Assembly (NCBI GenBank): GCA_018238625.1 | Contig: JABCSY010000005.1 | Location: 1-64,000 of the forward strand | Direction: 5' to 3' | DNA from: Promethearchaeota archaeon | GTDB taxonomy: Archaea > Asgardarchaeota > Lokiarchaeia > Sigyniarchaeales > SOKP01 | Length of the DNA stretch: 64,000 nucleotides | Shown here: piece after piece, positions 19,155-29,348 of the stretch | How positions within the stretch are numbered: position 1 is the stretch's first letter | Layout of the letters: each line of letters begins with the position of its first letter | Notes under the pieces: model-generated | Databases searched by the model: none | What the model was told of the DNA's origin: nothing | What the model saw: only the letters and a program-made list of their open reading frames with translations | Made by a program: the position numbers and the translations under genes

Positions 19155-19877
19155 TCAACTATTTACTGCTTTAATTATAGCGTTGGCTATTGCTTTGACT
19201 AAAATATTGGTACGATCAAAATCTAAGCGGATTTGTTTTGCGACTTCGATTTGAATAGCGCTAACTTTACTTCTGTTGTAAAACTGATGCGTAATGTATC
19301 CTCCTGAATATGATAGATTAAAATCTGTTAGGGCTAATCCATCGTCCAACACAAAGAATTTAGATATTTCGTATTGTAATTGAGCACAGCCCCAATATCT
19401 ATTACAATCTTGTTCTTTTGAATTTTCAAGAAGATCAAGAGTTTTGCCAAAGATGTGGCCAAATATCACGTCAGGATATCCCTTGTAAGGTTTTGTGAAC
19501 CCGTGAAAGTCAATTATCAAAGCTCTATTGTGCTTTGAAACGCACTCTTGAGCAAAATTATTTAATTGGTCTTGATACGCGCGAAAGATGTTTTGAGCTT
19601 CGGCAGAAGAATGATTAAAAGCGCTTTTAGAGTGAGGTGGTCTGTTTAAATCAATTTTACTTCTATGAATTTTACTTAAGATGGAATAAATATCGATGTT
19701 TTTTACTTTAAGTTGTTTGATTATTAATTTTGCTATGAAGAAAGTGTTCTTATCGGCAATTTTCACCCCAGTAGTTTTGTTTAATATCCTTTTTGGCTTT
19801 TTATAGCCTCCGTGAGGGCACGATAAGATTACTGGTGTGTTACCTTTTTCGACTTCAAAATATCTACTTAAATCCAT
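19155..19877 (-). CDS. N-formylglutamate amidohydrolase-like protein
   Basis: ILSCPHGG, RSKIDLNR, IDFHG, YSGGYIT, AIQIE. Confidence 0.8.
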   Translation of the reverse strand: MDLSRYFEVEKGNTPVILSCPHGGYKKPKRILNKTTGVKIADKNTFFIAKLIIKQLKVKNIDIYSILSKIHRSKIDLNRPPHSKSAFNHSSAEAQNIFRAYQDQLNNFAQECVSKHNRALIIDFHGFTKPYKGYPDVIFGHIFGKTLDLLENSKEQDCNRYWGCAQLQYEISKFFVLDDGLALTDFNLSYSGGYITHQFYNRSKVSAIQIEVAKQIRLDFDRTNILVKAIANAIIKAVNS

Positions 19878-20142
19878 TCAATATAAAAAATTAACATCGA
19901 ATTATAAAGTTTGATAAAATGCTACGAAGTTCACAACTAAATTTTTTTAACGCGTATTTTAAGCTAAAAGAGATTCGAATTTATTTATGTCGTTAACTAT
20001 TCTGAGCTTACTGTTAAACTCGTTGCAGTTTATCATTAATATAATAATAAAAATTTTCATAATGTTTTTTAAATTTGTTACTTTTTATTTATTACATTTA
20101 AGTAAAATTAGATGTTACCATTTAACTAAGGTAAGGGATAAT

Positions 20143-20430
20143 ATGACTATTGACGATTTGATAAATTTTTTAAAGAAGAAAGGTTTTAGAGATACTTTGG
20201 AAGTCCTTATTCAATTTAAGGGTTATAAAACGGATAAGCATACTTTTTACAACGAATTGAATAAATTTAGCTATTATAATTCGTTTTTCCGGGTAAAAGA
20301 AGACTTAATTGACAAAGGACTTATCTCAATTGAATTAAATAACAAGAAAAAGTATGTTCAACTAACCGATAAAGGTTTAGATGTGTACAATAAGTTAGTC
20401 GAAATTAATAAACTGATAAATAACAAATAA
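20143..20430 (+). CDS. Winged-helix DNA-binding protein (probable start ATG 20143)
   Basis: LIDKGLISIE...YVQLTDKG wing motif; the upstream in-frame extension is low-complexity AT sequence. Confidence 0.7.
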   Translation: MTIDDLINFLKKKGFRDTLEVLIQFKGYKTDKHTFYNELNKFSYYNSFFRVKEDLIDKGLISIELNNKKKYVQLTDKGLDVYNKLVEINKLINNK

Positions 20431-20525
20431 ATTGTAGACTTCGTTTAGTACTAAATCTCAAAAACCTAGAAAATATTTTTTTTCTTTTATCCTTTTTCAG
20501 ATAAAAGAATTTTGTTTTCGAATTT

Positions 20526-21170
20526 GTGAGCAAAAAAATTATGATTTTCAAGAAGCTGGTTGTTGGACCTTTAGCTACCAATTGTTACATCTTTGGTTCT
20601 AACGAAACAAAAGATATCGTTGTAATAGATCCCGGTGGAGATGGAAACGCTATTATTAACCTTATCGAACAAGTAGGAGGAAACCCTATCGCGGTTTTAC
20701 TGACTCACGGACACTTCGATCATACTACTAGAGTTGGACAAATTATGCGCCATTTTCAAATACCATTGATGTATAGTAGAAAAGAACACGAATCTGGGAC
20801 TTTCCAAAAGGAAGCTAATCGGTGGTTAGCCGAGGGTGATTCGATAAATATTGGAGAAATTAACCTTCGCGCTTTAGAAACGCCTGGTCATAGCCCAGGG
20901 TCGTTATGCTTTTATTCTTCAGATGTCAAGGAATTTAACGGCAAAAAAATTGACGGTATTTTATTTTCGGGCGATTTATTATTCAGAGGGAGCATTGGAA
21001 GATCGGATTTCCAGGGAGGCGATCAAAATCTTTTATTCGCAAGTATTAAAAATAAAATTATGTTCAATAAATCCCTCACTGACGATTTTCTCGTCTGCCC
21101 CGGACATATGGGATTGACTTCAATAGGGGAAGAAAAAGCACATAACATGTTTAGGAAATATTTTCTTTAA
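20526..21170 (+). CDS. MBL-fold metallo-hydrolase (glyoxalase II-like)
   Basis: THGHFDH, TPGHSPG, SGDLLF, PGH. Confidence 0.92.
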   Translation: MSKKIMIFKKLVVGPLATNCYIFGSNETKDIVVIDPGGDGNAIINLIEQVGGNPIAVLLTHGHFDHTTRVGQIMRHFQIPLMYSRKEHESGTFQKEANRWLAEGDSINIGEINLRALETPGHSPGSLCFYSSDVKEFNGKKIDGILFSGDLLFRGSIGRSDFQGGDQNLLFASIKNKIMFNKSLTDDFLVCPGHMGLTSIGEEKAHNMFRKYFL

Positions 21171-21255
21171 TAACTTGATTTAATAACTAGTTTTTAGTTT
21201 AAAAAATTTAAAAAGAAAACTATAACTGATAAAATTAAAACAATAAAAGATTGAT

Positions 21256-21540
21256 TTACTTTAGGATAATTAGAATAAGTTGTTCTTCCAAAGCTATCAT
21301 AGTCTCGCCCTTTGATGTCTCTAAACGTATGAATTTCAGGCCACCTTCTTTTAAGGCTTTAACGACTTGCTGTCCCTTCCCAATTAACGATGTTACATAA
21401 GCAGATATTTCTTCGCTTATTTCAATATTCATGTTAGAATCTATTGGTAAACCGCTCGAGTCGCAAATGATAACCCCACGAATTCCCTCGCGTTCTTCAA
21501 ACTTTCGTATGATCTCTTTGACTTCTCTTCTATTAATCAA
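21256..21540 (-). CDS. Roadblock/LC7 domain protein (dynein light chain roadblock-like)
   Basis: GIRGVIICDSSGLPIDS...LKFIRLETSKGETMIA. Confidence 0.88.
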   Translation of the reverse strand: MINRREVKEIIRKFEEREGIRGVIICDSSGLPIDSNMNIEISEEISAYVTSLIGKGQQVVKALKEGGLKFIRLETSKGETMIALEEQLILIILK

Positions 21541-21858
21541 TTTAACTTCTCTCTCATTATTTTTTTATCTGATTTTAAGATCTATAACCTATAATATTTA
21601 ATTATTATAATAAAGTAAAGGCTTAAAAATTATTACTAAAATAATAAAAATAAGATTTTACTTAATTAAATCAAATCAACGAATTGCTATTTAAGATCTA
21701 AACTTTATTTTTTCGCTTTTTTTTTATATTTTTGATAAATTTAAATTTCTTTAAAATATATATATATTTAAGAGTTTATTTAGACTAACTTGAGTAATCT
21801 AATACAGAATTCAAATTTACATTGATAAATATAAATATAGATAAAGAGTAGTATTTTT

Positions 21859-22212
21859 ATGGTAGACAAAAAAGTTATTGAAAAAAAATTAGCAGAATTA
21901 TTTGACATAGTTCCTGAAACAGAAGGCTTAATAGTCTCTGATCTGGACGGTAAAGTTATTATCGGACAAACGATTACAGATATGAATCACAGCGCGATAG
22001 CAAAAACTTGCGTCGCCATAATAAAATATTCGAGCACTATGGGTGATAATATCAGTAAAGGAGGATTTCAAGCTGCTACTATCGATCTAGAAAACGGTTA
22101 TGCTGTAATCGTCAAGTCAGACGCAATACTCCTAATTGCTTTAGCAGGATTAGATGGAAAGGCATCTTTAAGTCTTCTAAAAAGAAACCTAATTTCAATT
22201 TCAAAGATATAA
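21859..22212 (+). CDS. Roadblock/LAMTOR2/MglB-like protein
   Basis: VPETEGLIVSDLDGKVI..., IDLENGYAVIV, SLSLLKRNL. Confidence 0.8.
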   Translation: MVDKKVIEKKLAELFDIVPETEGLIVSDLDGKVIIGQTITDMNHSAIAKTCVAIIKYSSTMGDNISKGGFQAATIDLENGYAVIVKSDAILLIALAGLDGKASLSLLKRNLISISKI

Positions 22213-22273
22213 TTTTATTTCCTCTTTTTTAGAAAATTTGCTAAAAGAAAGTTAAAAAAAGTAGATTTGATTT

Positions 22274-25200
22274 TTATTTTTTATCTTTAAGACCTTTTTC
22301 TTCTAATAAAGAATCTAAATCTGTTGCTGGCTTTTCTGTCTTAATTTCTTTTTGTTTCTGTTTTTTAGACAATTTTTTACTCGCTTTTTTTGCCGGCATT
22401 TTTTTGGGTTCTTCTTTGGGTAATTCACTTACACTAACATATCTTCCTCTTCTTGGTTTTTTCTTAGAAGGTTCTTCGATAGGAGTTTCAATTTTCTCCG
22501 TAGTTCTTTTGACATATAAGTACATTACGCCCCATAATAACGCAAAAATACCGATCATAATTAGCGTAAAGAAAACGGTGATGTAATTTGCAAGAGGTAT
22601 GTCGTAAATTTCAAATGTTTTTATCGTTTGAACGGTTATGTTCTCATGTGTTAATTCGTTCGTTGCTTCTATTAATACTGTAATCGTCATCTCATTTATA
22701 GCAGGAACATCTATAGATATTAATAAGTCTGTAGATTCTCCGGGTTGGAAGTTATTTAATATTAAATAATTTATCTCAACAATGCTATGCGTTAAAGAAG
22801 GTGCGATTATAATAGATATCCTTGAACTCGAAATAGCTAGTATTGAATCGCCAATATTAGTTAATGTTATTTTCATTGTTGTTTTACCGTTTCTAGTAAT
22901 CTGATTTACGTTCGATACAATTCCCAAAGATATGTTGTTAGATACTTTGTACAAAGACACAGAGATATTTTGCGAATTCTCTAAAATATACTGTTCTCCT
23001 TGCCAAGTGAGCCTAAATAGAAGGTCATCTTCACGTAGTAGCGATAGAGTATCAATCTCAAAGCTTGTAACTCCATTAGCACCCGAAATTTGAGATGAAA
23101 CGTTTTCCCATAAACCACTATCAAAATATTGGCAAGTAACATTCTTATTTGAAATTTCTTCTCCGAATTCGGTAGTTAACACAGAACTAATGTTAAATTT
23201 TTGTCCGTAAATTGGTGTTTGAGGATTAATTATAATATCAGAGAATTTGCTATTTACTTTCAAGGAAAATGAATCGATAAATTGATTATAACTGCTTACG
23301 AAGTTTTTGTCATATATGTTTACGACAAATGTTGTTTGATTAGGCATGTATTGGCACACATCTCTTTCAAACGGTTTTAATATCGAAGCTCCTGTAATTT
23401 CCTCGTCGTATTTTAAAGTTATGATATAACCTTCAAATTCATTTTGAGTGCTATTTATTATCAATGAGTACTCATTACTTTCAAAAGTATCAACTTCATG
23501 ACTTTCTCCTGAGTATTCAAAATAGACCGTAAATATTGTTTTAGCTCCTCCTTTTCTAACGGGCGCGTTTACTCCTTGCCAAACTCCGTCTGCTTGAAGA
23601 GTTGGTATTGTAAGACTTACGGAAAAGTCTTGCGTGTCAGCACCGTTAGGTGTTCCACTTGTTTTTAGACTTTCTACATCAGTGTACTTCTCAGCAATTA
23701 TCCATTCTTCGTTAACCAGAGACACTAATTGAACTTTTAATTTTACATCCAAATCGATAAAATCGTGCAAATTTTGAATTGTTACGCCTATTTTGATATC
23801 TTCATTGGGATTAAGAAGAGTTTCATTTTGCAAAAAGGTTTTTACTAGTATTGGTATCTCTTCGCCGTTTATTTCATAAATAAATTGTTGATTTATGTCA
23901 GAGTTATTAACCGCGTAAAAATCTGGATAATAATTATCATCTGTTACATTTATTGTACCAATCAACATTGAATAACTTTCATAAACTTTGTCTACAATGC
24001 CGTCAAGGATGTTTTGGTCTAGGATTGGTTCGTAAAATAAACTATTCATATTAATGCCATAAGTGTCAATATATAATTTCAGTTTCTTACATCCAACTGC
24101 GGAACCATTCTCCCAGAAATAGCCTAAATAATAATTTCCAAGGAGAGGTGTATCTTTGGTAACATCTAAAATAGTTTGGTTATTGAAGTCATATACAAGC
24201 GTAGTACCTTTAATCATTCCTGCTCCTGAATTCATTTCTCCTCCTGGAAATATGGTGCTATTATCTGGATAAAACAGTTTAACATTTGCATTGCCACTTG
24301 TGGGTGGTATACCGTTGGGACCTTGGATATCAACGCCTACAGATATATTATCTCCATACATAAATCCATTTGTCTCCCATAAAATTCCATTGTAATTAAT
24401 GTAACTATGCATCTCATCTATGAGGTTACTACTCGTTAAATTAAGAGAGTAGATTCCGTCAATGCCTTTAACTACGGCGCTAGTAATAGCTGTAAAATCA
24501 TACGATGGGTTAGCGTCAAAATTAGTCTCTCCTCCTGTGCTATTTACCACCTCTCCGTAAATCTCATCGTAATTTGGATTAATTAAGCTTTTTGCATCCC
24601 AATCGTTGGGATATACAAACCAAAATTCAAGGAAGTTCCAATTATCAAGATTAGCATCACTTAAATCTAAAGTGTAATTTAAATCCCATCTCGGAGTTGT
24701 ATCGTACGATACCTCATAATAACTATTCGCGTTTTCTACCCAATAACCCTTTACTGTATAAGTAACATTGAATTTAAACCCTGAAATAATGCTACTATTC
24801 CATGTGAGATCTATTTGTAAATTATTTGAAATACTTTCAATTTCGACTGTAAAGTTATTGTTCCATTGCCCTTTTCCCCAAGTTAAGGATGAGCTTACAT
24901 CATAAGGGGGCTCGCTGATAATTTGATCTTCTATTGAAATATCTTGTATTCTTAGCGTATCTTGACTATCGTCAGGATTAATAAAGTCAGAAGGCATATA
25001 TCCGCGCGTTACGTTCAATTTAAAAACTGTTGCATCTAATTCTTCAGATTCGTAGCCTGGAGTCACTTGTTTTTTGGCAACATTCCAGGTTAGACCATCG
25101 TCATTAGTCGTTCTTAATTGATGATCTACAGTAGAATTTGGATCGCCAAAAGTTTGTCTGGGAAGCGTTACTAAACTAAATATTTTATCTGTATGGTTTG

Positions 25201-26440
25201 ATTTAATTACTATGAAATAATTATAGAGTTTTAGATTTTGAGTGTTCGCTTGGTTAAATTCGAAATAGGATAAAGAATCTCCATTATAATTGCTAATTAT
25301 TATTGAATCGATTAATTTTGCGTTGTCAGGTTTTAAATTATTTGATATTAAATTAGCTTGAGTTCTCGTTATTGTTGCATTAGCTTCGTATAAAGTTATA
25401 TTTAGTTCTGCGGAAAGGGCTTCAGTAAGGTTTAATGTTCTTATCCAAGCGTAAAAACCGTTTACTGCCGAACTCTTTCCCTTCAAATCAAACTCTAAAG
25501 CGACATATTCATTATTGGTAATAGGTAAATCAAATACATAAGTAGAATCCAATTTGAATTCTCTTAACGAAAGGACAAAGTCATTGCTATCAAATCTTTG
25601 TAAGTAGAATTGTATCTTACTAATATCGGAGGAGTTAATATAGTTTAAGTTTTCGTTAACGAATCGGTTTTCAATTGTTTTAGTGCTATTTATAAACACC
25701 GTTTCCGTAACGTTTTTCCAAGTGGAGTCAGATATATCAAACATTTTTAAGGTTAAATAAGCATCCTCATCGATACTATATGAAAAAGTTGAAATTAAGC
25801 CTAATATGAAAGATCTATTAAAATCAAGATCATCCCCTAGTACATTAAAGATTGTATTAGCAAAACTTGAAGAAATTGTGAAATTTAAAATTCCGTTCGA
25901 AGAGTTTAATTCGATATATGTACTAGGATTTTCATCAACAAGCCAGTCTAAATCTATAGGCTCATTGAGAACCTCTCCAGTATTTACATTCATTGAGGAG
26001 TCACCAGTATTATAAGTGAATTTTATGAAATCGCTTGCGTCTAACGCGCTTGTATCTTCTATTACGTGATCTGTTGTGTAATTATTCTGGAAAGTGAAGT
26101 TTAAATTTCCATAAGTGAGATATGTCGTATCAGATACCGACATAGAAGGGATATCAAAAGATCCTTGATTATTATCGTTTGAATACGAACTATTTAAAGC
26201 GTAAATTCTAACATCTTGTGGGTCTCCTGAACCCGTAGTGTAATAATCTGTTAGGTACGGATCAATTTCAGACGAAAGAGGGTTGTTATCGTCATTTAAC
26301 AAATTTGTTAGTTTGTTATTACTACTATCTAAATATAAACCATTAAAAATCTGAATATTCACTAAAAGCATAGAAATTATGAATATGCTAACAAAAAAAA
26401 TTCTTTTAACATCCTTTTTTCGTCGAATCAAATAAACCAA
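22274..26440 (-). CDS. Large (1388 aa) extracellular protein with N-terminal signal, C-terminal TM and Lys-rich cytoplasmic tail
   Basis: Many NxS/T sequons and beta-rich acidic sequence; TM near the C-terminus followed by a basic tail ending DLDSLLEEKGL. Confidence 0.8.
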   Translation of the reverse strand: MVYLIRRKKDVKRIFFVSIFIISMLLVNIQIFNGLYLDSSNNKLTNLLNDDNNPLSSEIDPYLTDYYTTGSGDPQDVRIYALNSSYSNDNNQGSFDIPSMSVSDTTYLTYGNLNFTFQNNYTTDHVIEDTSALDASDFIKFTYNTGDSSMNVNTGEVLNEPIDLDWLVDENPSTYIELNSSNGILNFTISSSFANTIFNVLGDDLDFNRSFILGLISTFSYSIDEDAYLTLKMFDISDSTWKNVTETVFINSTKTIENRFVNENLNYINSSDISKIQFYLQRFDSNDFVLSLREFKLDSTYVFDLPITNNEYVALEFDLKGKSSAVNGFYAWIRTLNLTEALSAELNITLYEANATITRTQANLISNNLKPDNAKLIDSIIISNYNGDSLSYFEFNQANTQNLKLYNYFIVIKSNHTDKIFSLVTLPRQTFGDPNSTVDHQLRTTNDDGLTWNVAKKQVTPGYESEELDATVFKLNVTRGYMPSDFINPDDSQDTLRIQDISIEDQIISEPPYDVSSSLTWGKGQWNNNFTVEIESISNNLQIDLTWNSSIISGFKFNVTYTVKGYWVENANSYYEVSYDTTPRWDLNYTLDLSDANLDNWNFLEFWFVYPNDWDAKSLINPNYDEIYGEVVNSTGGETNFDANPSYDFTAITSAVVKGIDGIYSLNLTSSNLIDEMHSYINYNGILWETNGFMYGDNISVGVDIQGPNGIPPTSGNANVKLFYPDNSTIFPGGEMNSGAGMIKGTTLVYDFNNQTILDVTKDTPLLGNYYLGYFWENGSAVGCKKLKLYIDTYGINMNSLFYEPILDQNILDGIVDKVYESYSMLIGTINVTDDNYYPDFYAVNNSDINQQFIYEINGEEIPILVKTFLQNETLLNPNEDIKIGVTIQNLHDFIDLDVKLKVQLVSLVNEEWIIAEKYTDVESLKTSGTPNGADTQDFSVSLTIPTLQADGVWQGVNAPVRKGGAKTIFTVYFEYSGESHEVDTFESNEYSLIINSTQNEFEGYIITLKYDEEITGASILKPFERDVCQYMPNQTTFVVNIYDKNFVSSYNQFIDSFSLKVNSKFSDIIINPQTPIYGQKFNISSVLTTEFGEEISNKNVTCQYFDSGLWENVSSQISGANGVTSFEIDTLSLLREDDLLFRLTWQGEQYILENSQNISVSLYKVSNNISLGIVSNVNQITRNGKTTMKITLTNIGDSILAISSSRISIIIAPSLTHSIVEINYLILNNFQPGESTDLLISIDVPAINEMTITVLIEATNELTHENITVQTIKTFEIYDIPLANYITVFFTLIMIGIFALLWGVMYLYVKRTTEKIETPIEEPSKKKPRRGRYVSVSELPKEEPKKMPAKKASKKLSKKQKQKEIKTEKPATDLDSLLEEKGLKDKK

Positions 26441-26600
26441 CCGTATTTATCAATATTTTAGTTTTTAAAATTATCTAAGAATATTAAAATTTGCTAATTT
26501 ATTTTAAACTTATCAGTTAGAATACGATATGACAAAATATTATAAATGTTCAAAACATTTTTATTATCTAAATTAATCGTGAAGTTGGTTAAATAGGATC

Positions 26601-27959
26601 ATGAGTGAAAAATTAATACTTAATGAAATTGACCAAAATAAAGAAGAATATGTCGAGTTTTTTAGGAAAATTATACAAGCTGACTCAATTAATCCACCCG
26701 GCAATGAAAAAAATGTTGCTATTATTATTGAAGAATACTTAAAAGAACAAGGAATAAAAACTGAGATTTTTCCATTTGGGGATAATCGAGCGAATTTAAT
26801 TGCTTATTTAAACGATAATTTTACCGGAAAGAATCTTTTATATAACGGACACATGGACGTAGTCCCTCCCGGTTCAGAGGAAGATTGGAAGTACCCCCCT
26901 TTTTCGGCATTCGTTAAACGTAATAAGCTTATAGTTAGTAGAGGTGCTGCTGATATGAAGGGCGGATTGGTTGCGATGGTTATAGCGCTGAAAATCTTAA
27001 AATCGTTGAAAATCGAAGTTTCAGGCAACTTAATTTTAAACGCCGTAGCAGATGAGGAAACTGGAGGAAAATTGGGGGCCGCGTGGTGTATAGATAATCC
27101 TCTAAAGACGATCAAATGTGATTTTGCGATTATTGGGGAACCTTCGGGGCTTAGTCCTCTTCCAAAAGCAATATTTTTAGGCGAAAAAGGACATCTTCAA
27201 GTAAAAATAACTACGAATGGAATTTCTGGTCATGCGTCAATGCCTTCAATGGGTAAAAATGCAATATATATGATGAGTGAAATTATTGAAAATTTAAATA
27301 AAATTGACGAGTACATACCTAAAAGTAAACCGCCTATAGAAATGGACAAACTTAAAAAATTGATTGGGGTAGCTTTTCCAAGCGAAGAGATTCTGGAAAG
27401 AATTATGAACGACCAACCTATGCTGCAAAGTGTTATCCAATCTCTTGTTAAATTCTCTAAAGCGTTAACGATGATAAAAGGAGGTATTAAAGAAAACGTA
27501 ATTCCTGATTCATGTGAAGCTGTAATTGATTTCAGACTTTTACCAGGGCAAAAAGTTGACCCGATAATGAATGGTCTAAAGAAGTTAATCGAAGAAGACT
27601 TAGGATACTTAGTTAAAAATCAAATACTTAGTGCTTCAAAAGATGTTTGTGTTGTTTTAGAAATCTTTAACTCCTCTGAGGGATCTTACTGGAAGCAATG
27701 GGAAAAGTCTCAAGATTTAAAAGAATTTTATAATATTGTTGAAACTATTTATGAAAAGAAACCATTTTATTTTCTTTTACCCGCTTCTGCTGACGCACAT
27801 TACTTACGTAACGATGGGTATTGTCCTCAAACAATCTTGTTTGGACCGGGTAGCGCGGGAACTGCTCACGCGGTTGACGAATATATAGAAATTCAAGACT
27901 TTATCAATTCAATTAAAGTGTTTGCGCTTTTTGCTTATAATTTTTTAAGTAGTAAATAA
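26601..27959 (+). CDS. M20 family metallopeptidase (ArgE/DapE-like)
   Basis: NGHMDVVP, RGAADMKGG, DEE, GEP, AHAVDEY. Confidence 0.92.
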   Translation: MSEKLILNEIDQNKEEYVEFFRKIIQADSINPPGNEKNVAIIIEEYLKEQGIKTEIFPFGDNRANLIAYLNDNFTGKNLLYNGHMDVVPPGSEEDWKYPPFSAFVKRNKLIVSRGAADMKGGLVAMVIALKILKSLKIEVSGNLILNAVADEETGGKLGAAWCIDNPLKTIKCDFAIIGEPSGLSPLPKAIFLGEKGHLQVKITTNGISGHASMPSMGKNAIYMMSEIIENLNKIDEYIPKSKPPIEMDKLKKLIGVAFPSEEILERIMNDQPMLQSVIQSLVKFSKALTMIKGGIKENVIPDSCEAVIDFRLLPGQKVDPIMNGLKKLIEEDLGYLVKNQILSASKDVCVVLEIFNSSEGSYWKQWEKSQDLKEFYNIVETIYEKKPFYFLLPASADAHYLRNDGYCPQTILFGPGSAGTAHAVDEYIEIQDFINSIKVFALFAYNFLSSK

Positions 27960-27984
27960 ACGAAAAAAAAACGGAAAAAGAATT

Positions 27985-29160
27985 TTGCACGATATAAAGA
28001 TAGAAGATTGCGTTGTGCTCATAGATTCTTCTCGATCTATGTTAAGAAAAGACTTTAAGCCTAATCGACTTTTTGTCGCCTTAGAAAGCGTTAAAAACTT
28101 TATTAATGAGAAATTTACGATCGATCCCAAAGATAGAATTGCAGTGCTCTCTATTGGGGCAACTATAAAGAAACTGAGTTCCTTTACACACGAAGAAGAA
28201 AAATTGATTAACTCTTTAAAGAAAATTCATGTCTCTGGGATTGGTACACTAGACGAAGGATTAGCTTTTTCTTTGCAAATCTTAGTAAAGGAGATGCGGA
28301 AGTTAGGCGGAAAAACGTATAGAATTTTTATTGTCTCCGATAATAAATTGAAGCTTAGCAATAAAATTCAAAAAATAGTCGATATTGCTAAAGGATTGGG
28401 GATATATATTGACGCTTGCCAATTAGGCAAAACGGAAGACTATTCTCAAAGTATTTTGAAAAAGATTGTAAGACTTACAGGCGGAAAATTTGGATTTTTC
28501 AACAATTCAAAAGCGGTGTTAAATGCGGGAAGGTCATTCGCGCCAAAAAAGGAACCTAAAATAACAACTGACTATTTTGGACCAAATAAGAAAAACGAGT
28601 TAGCCCCTCTGATAAGCGATATAGCTTTACCATTGAGGAGACCAAGCTTATTAGATATTAGGCTAATGATGAGTAGTAAAGAAAGGGGGCAAGAAAAATG
28701 TCAGATTTGTCACTCCGTTAAGGCACCAATAACAGGAGCGGATTTCTTTAGCGAAGGAAGGTATTGTCCATCGTGTGAACGCCCGATGCACCTTTCTTGC
28801 TCAGCGATGTGGGCTAAGAAAACAGAATACAGAGAAATGGTTTTCAGGTGCCCTTTCTGTTATTTCTTGTTAGAACTTCCCCTATCTGCAGCAAAATTGG
28901 TCGAGGATAAGCCTGACAACGAGCCTAAAATAAAATTGATCGATGAAAGCGGTATAAACACTACAAGAATGAGATTAATTCCAGAGTCTCAAATCGATGA
29001 TATCGATGTGTCTTGTACTTTTTGTCATAGTATCTTTTTAGGAGATTATAAAGCGTTTCAGTGCGAAAAATGTGGAGCTTATTATCACGAACCTTGTTTA
29101 AATAAAATGAACGATGAGATTAAAGCTTGTAGAAACTGTGGGGCACAGATTAGCTTTTAA
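27985..29160 (+). CDS. vWA domain (Ssl1/p44-Rpn10-like) plus two RING/PHD-type zinc fingers
   Basis: LIDSSRSM..KDFKPNRL (DxSxS); CxxC...CxxC...HxxC...CxxC twice. Confidence 0.85.
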   Translation: MHDIKIEDCVVLIDSSRSMLRKDFKPNRLFVALESVKNFINEKFTIDPKDRIAVLSIGATIKKLSSFTHEEEKLINSLKKIHVSGIGTLDEGLAFSLQILVKEMRKLGGKTYRIFIVSDNKLKLSNKIQKIVDIAKGLGIYIDACQLGKTEDYSQSILKKIVRLTGGKFGFFNNSKAVLNAGRSFAPKKEPKITTDYFGPNKKNELAPLISDIALPLRRPSLLDIRLMMSSKERGQEKCQICHSVKAPITGADFFSEGRYCPSCERPMHLSCSAMWAKKTEYREMVFRCPFCYFLLELPLSAAKLVEDKPDNEPKIKLIDESGINTTRMRLIPESQIDDIDVSCTFCHSIFLGDYKAFQCEKCGAYYHEPCLNKMNDEIKACRNCGAQISF

Positions 29161-29348
29161 AAGGAAAAAAATTTAATTTGAGTTTATATCTAAGCTATTT
29201 AAAATATATTATAATAACAAGAATCGTTCAGTTTGTTACTCTCAATCTCATAAATTTGAAATAAGAGTGTGAATTACTTTAGTATAATTATAACAATTCT
29301 AATTGATAATTAACTATAACCTAACTATAATTTAAGAGGTAATACGAA

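Noticed and set aside
19987-20142. N-terminal extension of the wHTH ORF
   Set aside because: Low-complexity AT-rich promoter-like sequence; ATG 20143 has a purine-rich RBS-like region upstream.
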